Shown: positions 17,057 through 26,974 of the stretch, one piece after another | Layout: each line of letters begins with the position of its first letter | Position numbering within the stretch: position 1 is the stretch's first letter | Assembly (NCBI GenBank): GCA_038045945.1 | Contig: JBBSXC010000003.1 | Span: 32,001 to 96,000, forward strand | DNA: 64,000 nt | Reading direction: 5' to 3' | Source of the DNA: Nanobdellota archaeon | Lineage (GTDB): Archaea > Nanobdellota > Nanobdellia > Pacearchaeales > GW2011-AR1 | The notes under the pieces: model-generated | The model's input: the letters and a program-made list of their open reading frames with translations, nothing else | The model's database searches: none | Told to the model about the DNA's origin: nothing | Translations under genes and position numbers: made by a program

Positions 17057-18298
17057 ATGAATAAGAGGGATAATACTTTAACAATTTTAGGACTATCAAT
17101 AATAATGATAATGCTAATAAGTCTTACCCTAGTTAGTGCTAAATCAGAAAACTCTGGAGGAGAATCAGGAAATTCTCCTAACTCTGGAAGTTCATCAAAC
17201 TCCGCAAATTCTGGAAGTTCAGCAAATTCAGGTAAATCGGAATCAAGTAACTCAAACAACAATAAAGGAAAATCATTATCTATTAGTTCGAATGAAGAAG
17301 TATCAATTAACAAAGATAAAGATGATGATAGTGATGACGTTGATGACGATAACGATAGTGATGATGCTGGCGACGATAACGATAGTGATGATGATGGCGA
17401 TGATAGTGATGTTAAGAAAGAATCAAAAAAGTCGTTTGAGTTCGAATCAGAATTAGAAATTGAGGAAGAATCGGGTAAATTCAAAATCAAACTATCCAGC
17501 GGTAAACAAAAAGATTTGGATGTCGAACCAGAATTAGCAAAATCAATAGCTTTTGACAAATTCAAAGGTGACAGATTTAACATCACAATAAACGAATCAA
17601 ACGGATCAGTAACTTATGAAGCTGTAGCTTTCAAAAACGGAAAATTTTTGTGGTTATTCAACAAAGAGGTCGTAATTAAAGCATCTATTGATTCTGTAAG
17701 CGGAAACGTAACAATCAAGAAACCCTGGTGGGCATTATTTGTATCAGGGGAAGACGATGACCAATCAAACTCCTCAAAAATAGTTATTTGCCACGTTCCT
17801 GGAGGAAACCCTAACAACGGACAAACAATAACTATTGGTAGCCCAGCACTTAAAGCCCACTTAAAACACGGAGACGTGTTAGGAGAATGCAACAATAACG
17901 CCACAAACCAAACCAACCAAACAAACAGCACACAACCAGTTAACCAAACCAATAACACGCAACCTGGTAACATTACTAACCAGACTAACCAATCTAACCA
18001 ATCATCACTAGCTATAGCCCTTATCTCTCCTCAAAACTTAAGCGTTCACAACTCATCAATAATACCTCTTGAATTCTCAATAACTAACACAAGCCTTGCT
18101 GAATGCTTCTTCAACTTAGACCTTAACAACCAAACAACAATCATTAATTGCGAGAACACTTCAATAAACTCCGCTATTGGTAACCACTCTATTTACCTAA
18201 CTATAAAAGAGGGAAACAACTCAGCTATTTCCAACACTCACCAATTCTCAATAATAACAAACACTAGCAGCGAGAATAATTCTTCACAACAAAATTAG
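17057..18298 (+). CDS. Secreted/surface glycoprotein with low-complexity S/N/G, poly-Asp and NQT tracts
   Basis: Signal peptide; ICHVPGGNP...AHLKHGDVLGEC module; many N-x-S/T sequons. Confidence 0.75.
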   Translation: MNKRDNTLTILGLSIIMIMLISLTLVSAKSENSGGESGNSPNSGSSSNSANSGSSANSGKSESSNSNNNKGKSLSISSNEEVSINKDKDDDSDDVDDDNDSDDAGDDNDSDDDGDDSDVKKESKKSFEFESELEIEEESGKFKIKLSSGKQKDLDVEPELAKSIAFDKFKGDRFNITINESNGSVTYEAVAFKNGKFLWLFNKEVVIKASIDSVSGNVTIKKPWWALFVSGEDDDQSNSSKIVICHVPGGNPNNGQTITIGSPALKAHLKHGDVLGECNNNATNQTNQTNSTQPVNQTNNTQPGNITNQTNQSNQSSLAIALISPQNLSVHNSSIIPLEFSITNTSLAECFFNLDLNNQTTIINCENTSINSAIGNHSIYLTIKEGNNSAISNTHQFSIITNTSSENNSSQQN

Positions 18299-18342
18299 TA
18301 TCAGAAAGCTTTTTAATACCTTAAAATTAACTAGTAACATCT

Positions 18343-18414
18343 GCCTCAATAGTATATCGGTTAGTACACTTGCCTGTCGCGCAGGAGAGCCGGGTTCGAT
18401 TCCCGGTTGGGGCG
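18343..18414 (+). tRNA. tRNA-Asp (GTC), no encoded CCA
   Basis: GCCTCAA/TTGGGGC acceptor stem, anticodon arm CTTGC-CTGTCGC-GCAGG, T-loop GGTTCGATTCC. Confidence 0.95.
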
Positions 18415-18750
18415 TGATATATTTTTGTGCTTTTACGGAGCCTCCTAAAAAAAGGTTAAGTAAATGCACAAAATAATTCTTGTTATTTTTTAGGGGTCGT
18501 ATACAAAAAGTAGCAGTCGCTTAAATTAAGCGAATGTTTTAATAAAATATGAAAATCAACATTTACAAAGATCAAGAGAGCTAAGAGAGATAAACATACC
18601 TAAGCTTTTTATTTTTTAGACCTATACACTCTAGTCCGACAAGATTTATAAATCAATAGAAGCACAGACTGTCAACGATAAAAAACGCTTTCATAAAAAA
18701 AAGCGTGACCCTAAAAAATAACAAGAACGTATCATCGCCGGTTGGGGCGT
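18403..18750. mobile_element. Non-coding mini-cassette between two copies of the tRNA 3' end
   Basis: CCGGTTGGGGCGT at 18403-18415 and 18738-18750; internal perfect 19-bp inverted repeat 18477-18495/18709-18727. Confidence 0.6.
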
Positions 18751-18867
18751 AATACCTTCTAGGCATATTTGGTGGGCATTGTACCTGTTTTAACATTGTC
18801 TCGAGCAGAGCGTTGATGATTTAAATAGACCTCTATAAAAAAGAATAGAGGTTAGTCATTGTAAATT

Positions 18868-19842
18868 TTATTCTTTGAAAGGATACTGATTATACTTAAC
18901 ATAATGGTCGAATAATACAATACTTTCAACATCTAAAATAATGTCAGAAAATGATGTTCTCATTTCAGTTATCATGCTTTGCAATTCTTTTTGGTTTTTC
19001 ACCTCGTATATAATCTCGAAGTTCCAACTACCTACACTCTCTATATAGAATATAACATTTTTATGATTAATACAATAATCAAATAAAGCTTGTTTTCTTT
19101 CTTGTGTTAAATTTTGGGTTTTTAGAAAAAGTTGGTAGCTCTGGTAACCAAACTCTTGACAATGTATTTGGGCACTGTACCCTTGTATTATCTCACGTTT
19201 TTCTAATTGCTTAAGCCTCAAACGTACAGTGGATACAGGCTCATTAATTGCTTCAGATATTTTAAGAGAAGATATTCTTGAATCTTTTGTAAGTAAACGA
19301 ATAATGTCTTTATCCAATTCATCAATCTTAGCATCATCAAAATGTTTGCCAAATCTTGGGGCTATAGTCTTTAAACTTTTTGTATTAAGTAGATACTCTC
19401 TTGGAAACTGGACAAGCTCTACTCTTATGGCTACATTTAAATCTTTTAGATATTTATTATATTTTGTTGATATTTTGGTTAATACTTCGTTAAACTCTAC
19501 TATATTTTTAGACATTATTGCAAAAGCTAAGTCGAATCTACCACCAAAGCTAGCAATCCAATAAATGTGATTATCCTTTTTTAGACCTTCAATAATTATC
19601 TTTTTTCTTTTATCATTAACATTTTGAAATCTAGCATAAACTGCATAGCCCGTATAACCCATTTTACTAAAATCTAATAATGCGTTAAAACCTGTTATAA
19701 TTTTTCTTTCTTCAAGACGTTTTAACCTATAATGAGTTCTTTCTTGACTTACACCTATTCTTTTTCCTAATTCTGAAGTTCCTAACCTAGCATTAAGGTC
19801 TATTTCATATAAAAGCTTTTTATCTTTGGCATCAAGTTCCAT
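18868..19842 (-). CDS. Tandem-duplicated Lrp/AsnC family regulator
   Basis: Two HTH-RAM units: LDAKDKKLL...NAR and IDELDKDII...DSRIS; GRFDL/GSWNF. Confidence 0.9.
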   Translation of the reverse strand: MELDAKDKKLLYEIDLNARLGTSELGKRIGVSQERTHYRLKRLEERKIITGFNALLDFSKMGYTGYAVYARFQNVNDKRKKIIIEGLKKDNHIYWIASFGGRFDLAFAIMSKNIVEFNEVLTKISTKYNKYLKDLNVAIRVELVQFPREYLLNTKSLKTIAPRFGKHFDDAKIDELDKDIIRLLTKDSRISSLKISEAINEPVSTVRLRLKQLEKREIIQGYSAQIHCQEFGYQSYQLFLKTQNLTQERKQALFDYCINHKNVIFYIESVGSWNFEIIYEVKNQKELQSMITEMRTSFSDIILDVESIVLFDHYVKYNQYPFKE

Positions 19843-19959
19843 ATTTTATATATTGTTATATTACTATTTAAATATTGGGTTTTTATAAAAATATTGCTAA
19901 GATATTTTATATATTATTAATTCGTTATCACTGCATAGTAAATAACATGGATAATAAAA

Positions 19960-20349
19960 ATGGAAACCAAAGAAAGAACTCTTAGACTTGGAAACAGATT
20001 AAACGACAAACTTAATGGTAATTGGGTTAGACCAAAAAAAGTGTATTATGGTAATGCCTTGACTCAATTAGGAAAATTTTTAATTAGTGAATCTGATGCT
20101 TTTAAATTCCCTGATTCTAGACCCTATTTGGAGAGGTTAGGAATTAAAGTTCTTGGAGAAATAAGAAACGAGCCAGAATATGAATGCGAAATACCTTCAA
20201 ATCTTAGGTTAGACCAACAAAATAATGAAAGTTGTTCTGACATGACTACTTTTAATATTTATGATGCTTCTGGCAGGAAAGTAGTAAGCTATTGGGTTAA
20301 AATTGGGAGAGAATACGATCTTTCTGTAGATCTTAGAGGATTACAATGA
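19960..20349 (+). CDS. Hypothetical protein
   Basis: ORF divergent from Lrp, ATGA-coupled to next gene. Confidence 0.6.
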   Translation: METKERTLRLGNRLNDKLNGNWVRPKKVYYGNALTQLGKFLISESDAFKFPDSRPYLERLGIKVLGEIRNEPEYECEIPSNLRLDQQNNESCSDMTTFNIYDASGRKVVSYWVKIGREYDLSVDLRGLQ

Positions 20350-21458
20350 AACCCAAAAGAGAAATAGTTGAGGAAAATCTCTTAGAGCAGTTTAGAGAAA
20401 TAAGACCTCATATACCCTCTAGAGACCATCAGGCTATTAGCCACTATAAAGATGGTACTTTTGGGTTGAGTAGTTTAGGCTTCGCATTATATTCCAATGG
20501 TCACAGTTTGAGGGGTCAAAGTAAAACTCGCCCTTATGGGCTAATTTTTGAAAGCGAAGACACTATGTTCTCTATAGGTTATTATAGAAAGGAACAAGAC
20601 TCAGCGGAATCAGATGGGCATGTGTTTATTGTAGCCCCAAGAGGTGATAAAGTAATAGAAGAAGTCAAAAGGTTGACAAAAAGCGTTTTAAATTCTAGTC
20701 TTCCTTGTAGGGGAGTTTATGCTAGGTTCTTAACAGTAGATCAGTATAAACAATTATTATCTGACGGGTTTTTACCTGCAAAAGAAGCTCCTTGGCATGA
20801 AGATTCCCCCGAGGAAGACGAAACTTTAACAAGTTCTCTTGTTAGATTAGAAGATATAGTTGACTCGCAGAGTCAAATTAGAGTATTACCTTATGGAAGT
20901 AGAAACTCTAGAAAAAAGTCTAGGATGACTTATCAGAGGTTTAGAAATTTCCTAGATAAAAACTGTTTAGAATATGACCTCAGAGACTTTTCTGCAGAAA
21001 ATTCAGAAGTGGCAAAAAGAATAATTCAAGATCATTTTGACACTTTAAGAGAAGAAGGAAACCAAATAGGATCAATTCCAGAAGATCATTTTAACTCATG
21101 CGACTCAGAAATAATCAAACTGCCATCAGTCATAACACAAATAGGTTATTTAGGAAACTTACCTGTGTCTTATTTTTCAGGAGAGATTGTATCAGATTCT
21201 AGGTTAGCACTTTATACTCCTTTCACATTACGTTCACCCGAATTAGTTTTACCTAAAATCGGGAAAGATGTAAAAGCTAAAGAGGGTTTTAGCGCAATAT
21301 CTATGTTTGCTTACTTAGAACTTTTAAGAAAATTGAAAGATAAGGGAATAAAGGAAGTATTATTTGGAGGCTCGGAACATAGGGATTTGAACAGAATAAA
21401 AAGGCAATTTGGGTGCAGAAATGATCCTTCTTACTGGGCAGTTAAGTTGAAGACTTAA
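20346..21458 (+). CDS. DUF2156/FemAB-like GNAT-fold protein (possible aminoacyl-tRNA-dependent transferase)
   Basis: RKKSRMTYQRFR helix and C-terminal GIKEVLFGGSE..DLNRIKRQFG. Confidence 0.5.
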   Translation: MKPKREIVEENLLEQFREIRPHIPSRDHQAISHYKDGTFGLSSLGFALYSNGHSLRGQSKTRPYGLIFESEDTMFSIGYYRKEQDSAESDGHVFIVAPRGDKVIEEVKRLTKSVLNSSLPCRGVYARFLTVDQYKQLLSDGFLPAKEAPWHEDSPEEDETLTSSLVRLEDIVDSQSQIRVLPYGSRNSRKKSRMTYQRFRNFLDKNCLEYDLRDFSAENSEVAKRIIQDHFDTLREEGNQIGSIPEDHFNSCDSEIIKLPSVITQIGYLGNLPVSYFSGEIVSDSRLALYTPFTLRSPELVLPKIGKDVKAKEGFSAISMFAYLELLRKLKDKGIKEVLFGGSEHRDLNRIKRQFGCRNDPSYWAVKLKT

Positions 21459-21507
21459 ATATTTTGGTCCTAAAAGTCTCGGTATCGACCGAAGTAAAAA
21501 ATAGTTT

Positions 21508-21834
21508 TTAGTATCCAAATCTTCTTTCGTAGTTTTTGTGGTCCATCCATTCTAGGAGTACTGATAATACGCTGACTTTATTGTTTTTTACTGTGTAGAT
21601 GAGCCTCCATGCGTCTGGAAGGTTATACTTCCATAGGTTTGTTATGTTTCCGTACCTTTTTGTGTATTCTTTAGGAATAAGATTTTTGGGTATTTGTATT
21701 CCACAAAAAGCGTCATCTTGAAGATTCTTAAAAGCCTTAGTTAGTTGTTCTTGAAGATTATTCTCTTTAATTCCTTCCAGTTTATCAAATTGTTCCTTAA
21801 GTTTCTCATCACCAAAGATTACTTCTGATTTCAT
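21508..21834 (-). CDS. RelE-like toxin
   Basis: NLWKYNLPDAWRLIYTV...LEWMDHKNYERRFGY. Confidence 0.75.
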   Translation of the reverse strand: MKSEVIFGDEKLKEQFDKLEGIKENNLQEQLTKAFKNLQDDAFCGIQIPKNLIPKEYTKRYGNITNLWKYNLPDAWRLIYTVKNNKVSVLSVLLEWMDHKNYERRFGY

Positions 21835-21838
21835 TGTT

Positions 21839-22111
21839 TTATCCTTTCCAAATTAAGTGTTTCTTCTTTAAGTAAGTCTTAACAGATTCAGGATCCCAAA
21901 TCCAAGCTATTTTTCCTTCCTTATCAACAGCGATTCTACCAGCATAAAGTAAGTAGTCAATGATTACAGAAAATGTTTGATACATCATCTTCTTAGGTAA
22001 CTTCTCCCATAATTGTTTCTTAGTATAAGTTCCACTAGTATCATAAATAATCTTTTCCACCATTAATACACTATCTAGTCTTGGATAATGGATTATTTCC
22101 TTAATTTCCAT
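21839..22111 (-). CDS. Winged-helix protein, probable cognate antitoxin
   Basis: PRLDSVLMVE...QLWEKLPKKMMYQTF..IIDYL; directly upstream of toxin. Confidence 0.65.
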   Translation of the reverse strand: MEIKEIIHYPRLDSVLMVEKIIYDTSGTYTKKQLWEKLPKKMMYQTFSVIIDYLLYAGRIAVDKEGKIAWIWDPESVKTYLKKKHLIWKG

Positions 22112-22154
22112 AGTTGTATAGACTTATATAACTATATAAATCTTACGATTTGGC

Positions 22155-23099
22155 TTATAATGTCCCTTTTAAAATGCTACAAATATGACCTGCTTGCTTA
22201 CCACTCTTCTGCCATCTTTTGAAAGCTTCACTCGCGCTGATTCTAAATTGTTTTAATGCTTCTTTTAATTCTGGAGTTGCAAGTCTTTTACCTCTAAGAT
22301 TTTTTTGCCAATAAAGCCATGCTTTCTCATGATCATAAAAATCAAACTCTACGCCTGCTTCTTTCTCATGTTTAGCATAACCCTCTAATGTGTCTTCAGG
22401 CTCACTTTGAATCTTATAAATGCTTACTAGTTCCTCAACATTATAACCATTATCAGTAAAGAGTTCTAACACGTGATTGTAAGGGACACGAATACCTATA
22501 GCGTCAACAACGACACCCTTTTCAGTTACAACATTTTTAGCTTGTTTTAGAAACAAGTATTGATGAGTCAAATACCATCTTTGAAAAACTGTAGGTACAT
22601 CAAGATATTCTCGAGCAAGAAATTGTGAAGCACTAACCTTCTTATCTAAGGGTTTTTGAGATGTTGGGATATTAGGAATGTTAGCATATACCAAATCAAC
22701 CTTTATTTTCTTCTTTATTAGAGGTTCACATAAATCGCCAAGAAATGTTTCAACTATTGCCTTAGAACCAACCCATTGCTGGGCATTTTCCTGAGCAATT
22801 TTAGGCACATTAGGATGAATATCTATTTGGTAAATTCTCTTAGGATGAAATATTTCAAAAACTCCAATAGAATCAACACCTGCACCTGTACCAATAGTAG
22901 CAAAGCTCTCTGGTTTAAAATTAGATTTTTTTAATTCATTAAAACCTAGAAAAGCTGGGTACAACCAACTATCCTCTGGGTTTTTTGGATCAAAATCATA
23001 AGCGTTTTCATTCATAACAACTAATCCTTTCTTCTCAATTCCCACAGAATCAAAAAGCGGTTTTATATCCAAAGTCCACGTTTTCATAATAAAGGTCAA
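22155..23099 (-). CDS. Class I SAM-dependent methyltransferase (HemK/PrmC-like)
   Basis: TIGTGAGVD, IDIH, GDLCEPL, DLVYANIPNIP. Confidence 0.75.
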   Translation of the reverse strand: MTFIMKTWTLDIKPLFDSVGIEKKGLVVMNENAYDFDPKNPEDSWLYPAFLGFNELKKSNFKPESFATIGTGAGVDSIGVFEIFHPKRIYQIDIHPNVPKIAQENAQQWVGSKAIVETFLGDLCEPLIKKKIKVDLVYANIPNIPTSQKPLDKKVSASQFLAREYLDVPTVFQRWYLTHQYLFLKQAKNVVTEKGVVVDAIGIRVPYNHVLELFTDNGYNVEELVSIYKIQSEPEDTLEGYAKHEKEAGVEFDFYDHEKAWLYWQKNLRGKRLATPELKEALKQFRISASEAFKRWQKSGKQAGHICSILKGTL

Positions 23100-23172
23100 T
23101 TAATTAAGTTTAAATTTCTTTTCCTGTGCCCCTAAAATATGCCATAAAGGTCTTGATGTCGGTTGGGGCGTT

Positions 23173-24324
23173 TTATTTGTAGTATCTTCTAGAGCTGGCA
23201 GGCATAGTGGCCGGGCAAGAGCCATTAGCACTGTAATAAACATCAATAGTCATGTTATCAATGACTTTGAAAAATATGAAACCATTAGCACTGTTAGAAT
23301 TAAAATTATCAAGAATTTGGAAACAATGCTGAACAGTAACTTCATCAGGAAGTTTATAAGAAGGATTATTAGAAGAAAAATAATTAACAGGGCTCTTAGA
23401 ACCAAGATTACCAATAGCAACACGTTCTTCATCACCAACAATAGAAATAGGGCTACCATAATCACCATCAGAATAATAATCATAAATAGAGCCCTTAACT
23501 TCTTTATCCAAGAACCACATGCCAGAAATAGAGCCGGGCACGTCCCTAGAAGCAAAACCACAACTCTTAACCTTGAACAAAGTACCGCCACCGCCACCAA
23601 ACAATTCATAATAAGCAACCTTTTTTTCACCAGAATAAAAATCGTAAGGGCAAACACCAGAACGAAGATTATAAGAAAAGCCAGCATCATACCTAGCCTG
23701 GTTTAAAAACTTGTTAGAAATCTTCCTATCTCTAACAATGAAATCAAAACCAGCAACACCACCATCCTGCGGGATATAATAAGCGATAAGGTCACCAGCC
23801 TTAAATTTAACAGGCCTAATATTAATCTCCCTACTATCATCCCTCAATTCGTATATCTGCTCAGAAATTTGCGGAACAACATCCTTAAGGTGGCCGAAAA
23901 CCAGTTCAACATCACAACCAAGCTCAAACTTAAGAACATAATCAGGAATGTAACCCTCAGAAGCACCAGGCATTTTGTAACGAGAACCACTAACAAGAAT
24001 CATATCAGTAGGGGCGTAAATAGGAATCTTCTGGTTTTTGAATTCTTCCTTAATACTAACATAAGAACGCTCAACAATAGATTTACCAAAACCATGAACA
24101 ACACCAATCTGACCAACCTTTTGAACATAAACAGGATCAATAAAGTATTCTGAAAACATAATATCACAATCATCAGCCAGGGATTGACCAAAAAAACTAT
24201 CATTTACTGACCTGTTACCATAACCTTCAGGATTAGTATCTGAAGGAGGATTATGATTAAGAATAAAAATGATTACTACAAAAACAAAAATAATTATTGG
24301 AACAAAAATCAAACCCTTTTTCAC
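23173..24324 (-). CDS. Membrane-anchored secreted protein with M23-like (hybrid-motif) region
   Basis: N-terminal TM; PIYAPTD, FGHL, VKFKAGDLIAY; no clear Zn-ligand motif. Confidence 0.5.
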   Translation of the reverse strand: MKKGLIFVPIIIFVFVVIIFILNHNPPSDTNPEGYGNRSVNDSFFGQSLADDCDIMFSEYFIDPVYVQKVGQIGVVHGFGKSIVERSYVSIKEEFKNQKIPIYAPTDMILVSGSRYKMPGASEGYIPDYVLKFELGCDVELVFGHLKDVVPQISEQIYELRDDSREINIRPVKFKAGDLIAYYIPQDGGVAGFDFIVRDRKISNKFLNQARYDAGFSYNLRSGVCPYDFYSGEKKVAYYELFGGGGGTLFKVKSCGFASRDVPGSISGMWFLDKEVKGSIYDYYSDGDYGSPISIVGDEERVAIGNLGSKSPVNYFSSNNPSYKLPDEVTVQHCFQILDNFNSNSANGFIFFKVIDNMTIDVYYSANGSCPATMPASSRRYYK

Positions 24325-24428
24325 AAAATAATCAATGATTCAATAATATAAAAAGTCTTCTGGTAGGTGTTTTAATCATGAAAAGAATGCTCTGTTCATA
24401 ATAAAAGACACTGAAGGTTGTGGCGTTC

Positions 24429-24839
24429 TTACTCTTCATCATATATCAGTTCTTCTTTGAACACTTTGCTTTCAGGATCATCAGCTTCTAATAAGAACTC
24501 ATCATCTTCAGGATTATCGTTATTAGCGCTTGATTCATCAAAATCATAATTTTCCTCTTTAGGAATAATCCACCTCATACTCAAATCCTCATTCTTACCA
24601 GTAATTCTATCAACAAAAGAATTATCATAAGAATAAAATGATTCGCCACTGTCAGACTTATCTTCAAAAAGAACACTATCAGAAACAAGCTTAGACAAAA
24701 AAGAAGAAAAATCATCACCAAAAAAATCAAAAACGTTATTAGTTTCAAAAAACCTCTTAATATCACCAAAAGAAAAAGATTCTTTATCAGAATTAGAAAA
24801 ATAAAAAGCTAAAGCGTCACAAAAATCATCATAATCCAT
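24429..24839 (-). CDS. Very acidic hypothetical protein, possible winged helix
   Basis: ORF with D/E-rich C-terminus. Confidence 0.55.
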   Translation of the reverse strand: MDYDDFCDALAFYFSNSDKESFSFGDIKRFFETNNVFDFFGDDFSSFLSKLVSDSVLFEDKSDSGESFYSYDNSFVDRITGKNEDLSMRWIIPKEENYDFDESSANNDNPEDDEFLLEADDPESKVFKEELIYDEE

Positions 24840-24944
24840 AAAAATAACAAAAAAACAGTAAATAAAAACTTAACTGTTAACAAAATAATGAAGAAAAATA
24901 TGGTCCCTAAATAATTTTAAACTAACAATAACGAATCAAGAATC

Positions 24945-26522
24945 ATGACAGAAACAAAAAAAGAGGGAGGAGAAGAGAAAGTAGCGGGTAAAGACTTAGA
25001 ATTATTAAAAAGGCATTTTGGGTACGACAATTTCAGACCAATGCAAAAAGAAGTAATTGATGAAATAATAAAAGGAAATGATACACTAGTAATAATGCCC
25101 ACAGGAGGAGGAAAATCAATATGTTACCAGTTGCCATCACTAACTTTCGAAGGAATAACACTAGTAATATCACCACTAATATCACTCATGAAAGACCAAG
25201 TAGACAGCCTAAACGCGAACGGAATAAGCGCAGAATACATAAACTCATCACAAACACAAGGAGAAATAGAAGAAATAAAGGCAAGAATACAAATGGGAGA
25301 AATAAAACTATTATACATAGCACCAGAAAGACTATCACAAGAAGAATTTAAAGAATTCTTAAAAACACAAAAAATAAGCTTAATAGCAATTGATGAAGCA
25401 CACTGCATATCAGAATGGGGACACGACTTCAGACCAGAATACAGAAACCTAAAAAAATTAAGAGAAGAATACCCAAAAATACCAATAAGCGCATTAACAG
25501 CAACAGCAACAGAAAAAGTAAGATTGGACATAATAAAACAACTATCACTAAAAGAAGAGAAAGTATTCATATCAAGTTTTAACAGAAAAAACCTCATACT
25601 AAAAGTAGTAGAAAAAAACAGGGATGTAGACAGAATAATAGAACTATTACCAAAATACAAAGATGAATCAGTAATAATATATTGTTTTTCAAGAAAAGAC
25701 ACAGAAAGCATAGCAAAAAACTTGACAAATTACGGATTTAGCGCACTACCATACCACGCAGGACTAAGCCCAGAAACAAGGAGGAATAACCAAGAATTAT
25801 TCATAAAAGACAAAATAAACATAATAGTAGCAACAATAGCCTTCGGAATGGGAATAGACAAACCAGACGTAAGACTAGTAATACACCACACATTCCCAAA
25901 AACACTAGAAGGATACTACCAAGAAATAGGAAGAGCAGGAAGAGACGGCCTAGAAAGCGACTGCATAATGTTCTACTCAAACTCAGACAAAAGAAAACAC
26001 GAATACTTCATAGACATGATGACAGATAGAGAAAAAGCAGCACACGCAACAACAAAAATGGAAGAAGTAATGAGTTATTGCGAAGAAGAAGGATGCAGAA
26101 GAAAACACATACTAAAATACTTCGGAGAAAACTACAAAGAAGAAAACTGCCAAGCATGCGACAAGTGCATAGAATCAGAAAAACCACAAAAATCGATCAA
26201 AGAAACAAAAAAAGAGAAAGTGTACAAAGGAAGATTCTCACCATTTGAAGAAATAACAATAAAGAAAGAAACAAACATCTTCGAAGAAAAATTCGACAAA
26301 GAATTATTCGAAAAATTAAGACTTTTAAGAAAACAATTAGCAAACCAAAGAAACGTACCACCATTCGTAATCTTTAGCGACGTAACACTAAGAGAAATGT
26401 CAACGAGTATGCCAAAAAATGAAGAAGAATTATTAGAAATAAACGGAGTAGGACAACAAAAACTAAAAGACTTCGGAGACTTCTTCATAGAAGAAATAAG
26501 AAGACATAGAGAAAAAAGTTAA
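24945..26522 (+). CDS. recQ: RecQ family DNA helicase with HRDC domain
   Basis: MPTGGGKS, DEAHCISEWGHDFRP, ATIAFGMGIDKPDVR, QEIGRAGRDG, Zn-binding CRR..C..CD.C, HRDC VPPFVIFSD. Confidence 0.95.
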   Translation: MTETKKEGGEEKVAGKDLELLKRHFGYDNFRPMQKEVIDEIIKGNDTLVIMPTGGGKSICYQLPSLTFEGITLVISPLISLMKDQVDSLNANGISAEYINSSQTQGEIEEIKARIQMGEIKLLYIAPERLSQEEFKEFLKTQKISLIAIDEAHCISEWGHDFRPEYRNLKKLREEYPKIPISALTATATEKVRLDIIKQLSLKEEKVFISSFNRKNLILKVVEKNRDVDRIIELLPKYKDESVIIYCFSRKDTESIAKNLTNYGFSALPYHAGLSPETRRNNQELFIKDKINIIVATIAFGMGIDKPDVRLVIHHTFPKTLEGYYQEIGRAGRDGLESDCIMFYSNSDKRKHEYFIDMMTDREKAAHATTKMEEVMSYCEEEGCRRKHILKYFGENYKEENCQACDKCIESEKPQKSIKETKKEKVYKGRFSPFEEITIKKETNIFEEKFDKELFEKLRLLRKQLANQRNVPPFVIFSDVTLREMSTSMPKNEEELLEINGVGQQKLKDFGDFFIEEIRRHREKS

Positions 26523-26648
26523 TCAGGCAACTATAAAAAAGTTTATCTGCGATAAACACAATTAGACAAAAAATTATATGAATAAAATTAAGATTTTTGA
26601 CGATTTCATCTTCATAATGTTAATAAACGATTTATAGTTCATGTTTTT

Positions 26649-26972
26649 ATGTCAAAATCAGAAATAGCAAAATACGCAATAATAAACGCATTATCAACAG
26701 CACTATACGTTATTATCCTGGTATCACTTATATTCTACTTTGGAAAAACCCTACAAGGCAGTGAAGAAACAATACTAATACCAATAGGGATGATAATGCT
26801 ATTCTTATTCTCAGCAAGCCTAACAGGAACACTAGTGCTAGGAAGACCAATAATGTGGTATTTAGACAACAAAAAGAAAGAAGCATTACAACTACTGCTC
26901 TCTACACTTATAATAATACTAATGATAACACTAATAGTATTCATAATGATGATAACAGTAGCATTATACTAA
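26649..26972 (+). CDS. Small 3-TM membrane protein
   Basis: Hydrophobic; FSASLTG.LVLGRP..WYLD.KKKEA. Confidence 0.7.
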   Translation: MSKSEIAKYAIINALSTALYVIILVSLIFYFGKTLQGSEETILIPIGMIMLFLFSASLTGTLVLGRPIMWYLDNKKKEALQLLLSTLIIILMITLIVFIMMITVALY

Positions 26973-26974
26973 TT

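Larger units (their letters stand above)
18738..23171. mobile_element. 4.4-kb integrase-less island bounded by tRNA-Asp 3'-end repeats
   Basis: CGGTTGGGGCGT at 18739-18750 and 23160-23171; 18/24 inverted repeat 18755-18778/23127-23150; carries a TA pair. Confidence 0.7.

Noticed and set aside
17310-17410. 27-bp GAT-rich tandem repeats as a separate element
   Set aside because: Simply encode the poly-Asp linker of the surface protein
18415-23171. Prophage or autonomous integrative element
   Set aside because: No integrase, replication or virion genes between the repeats
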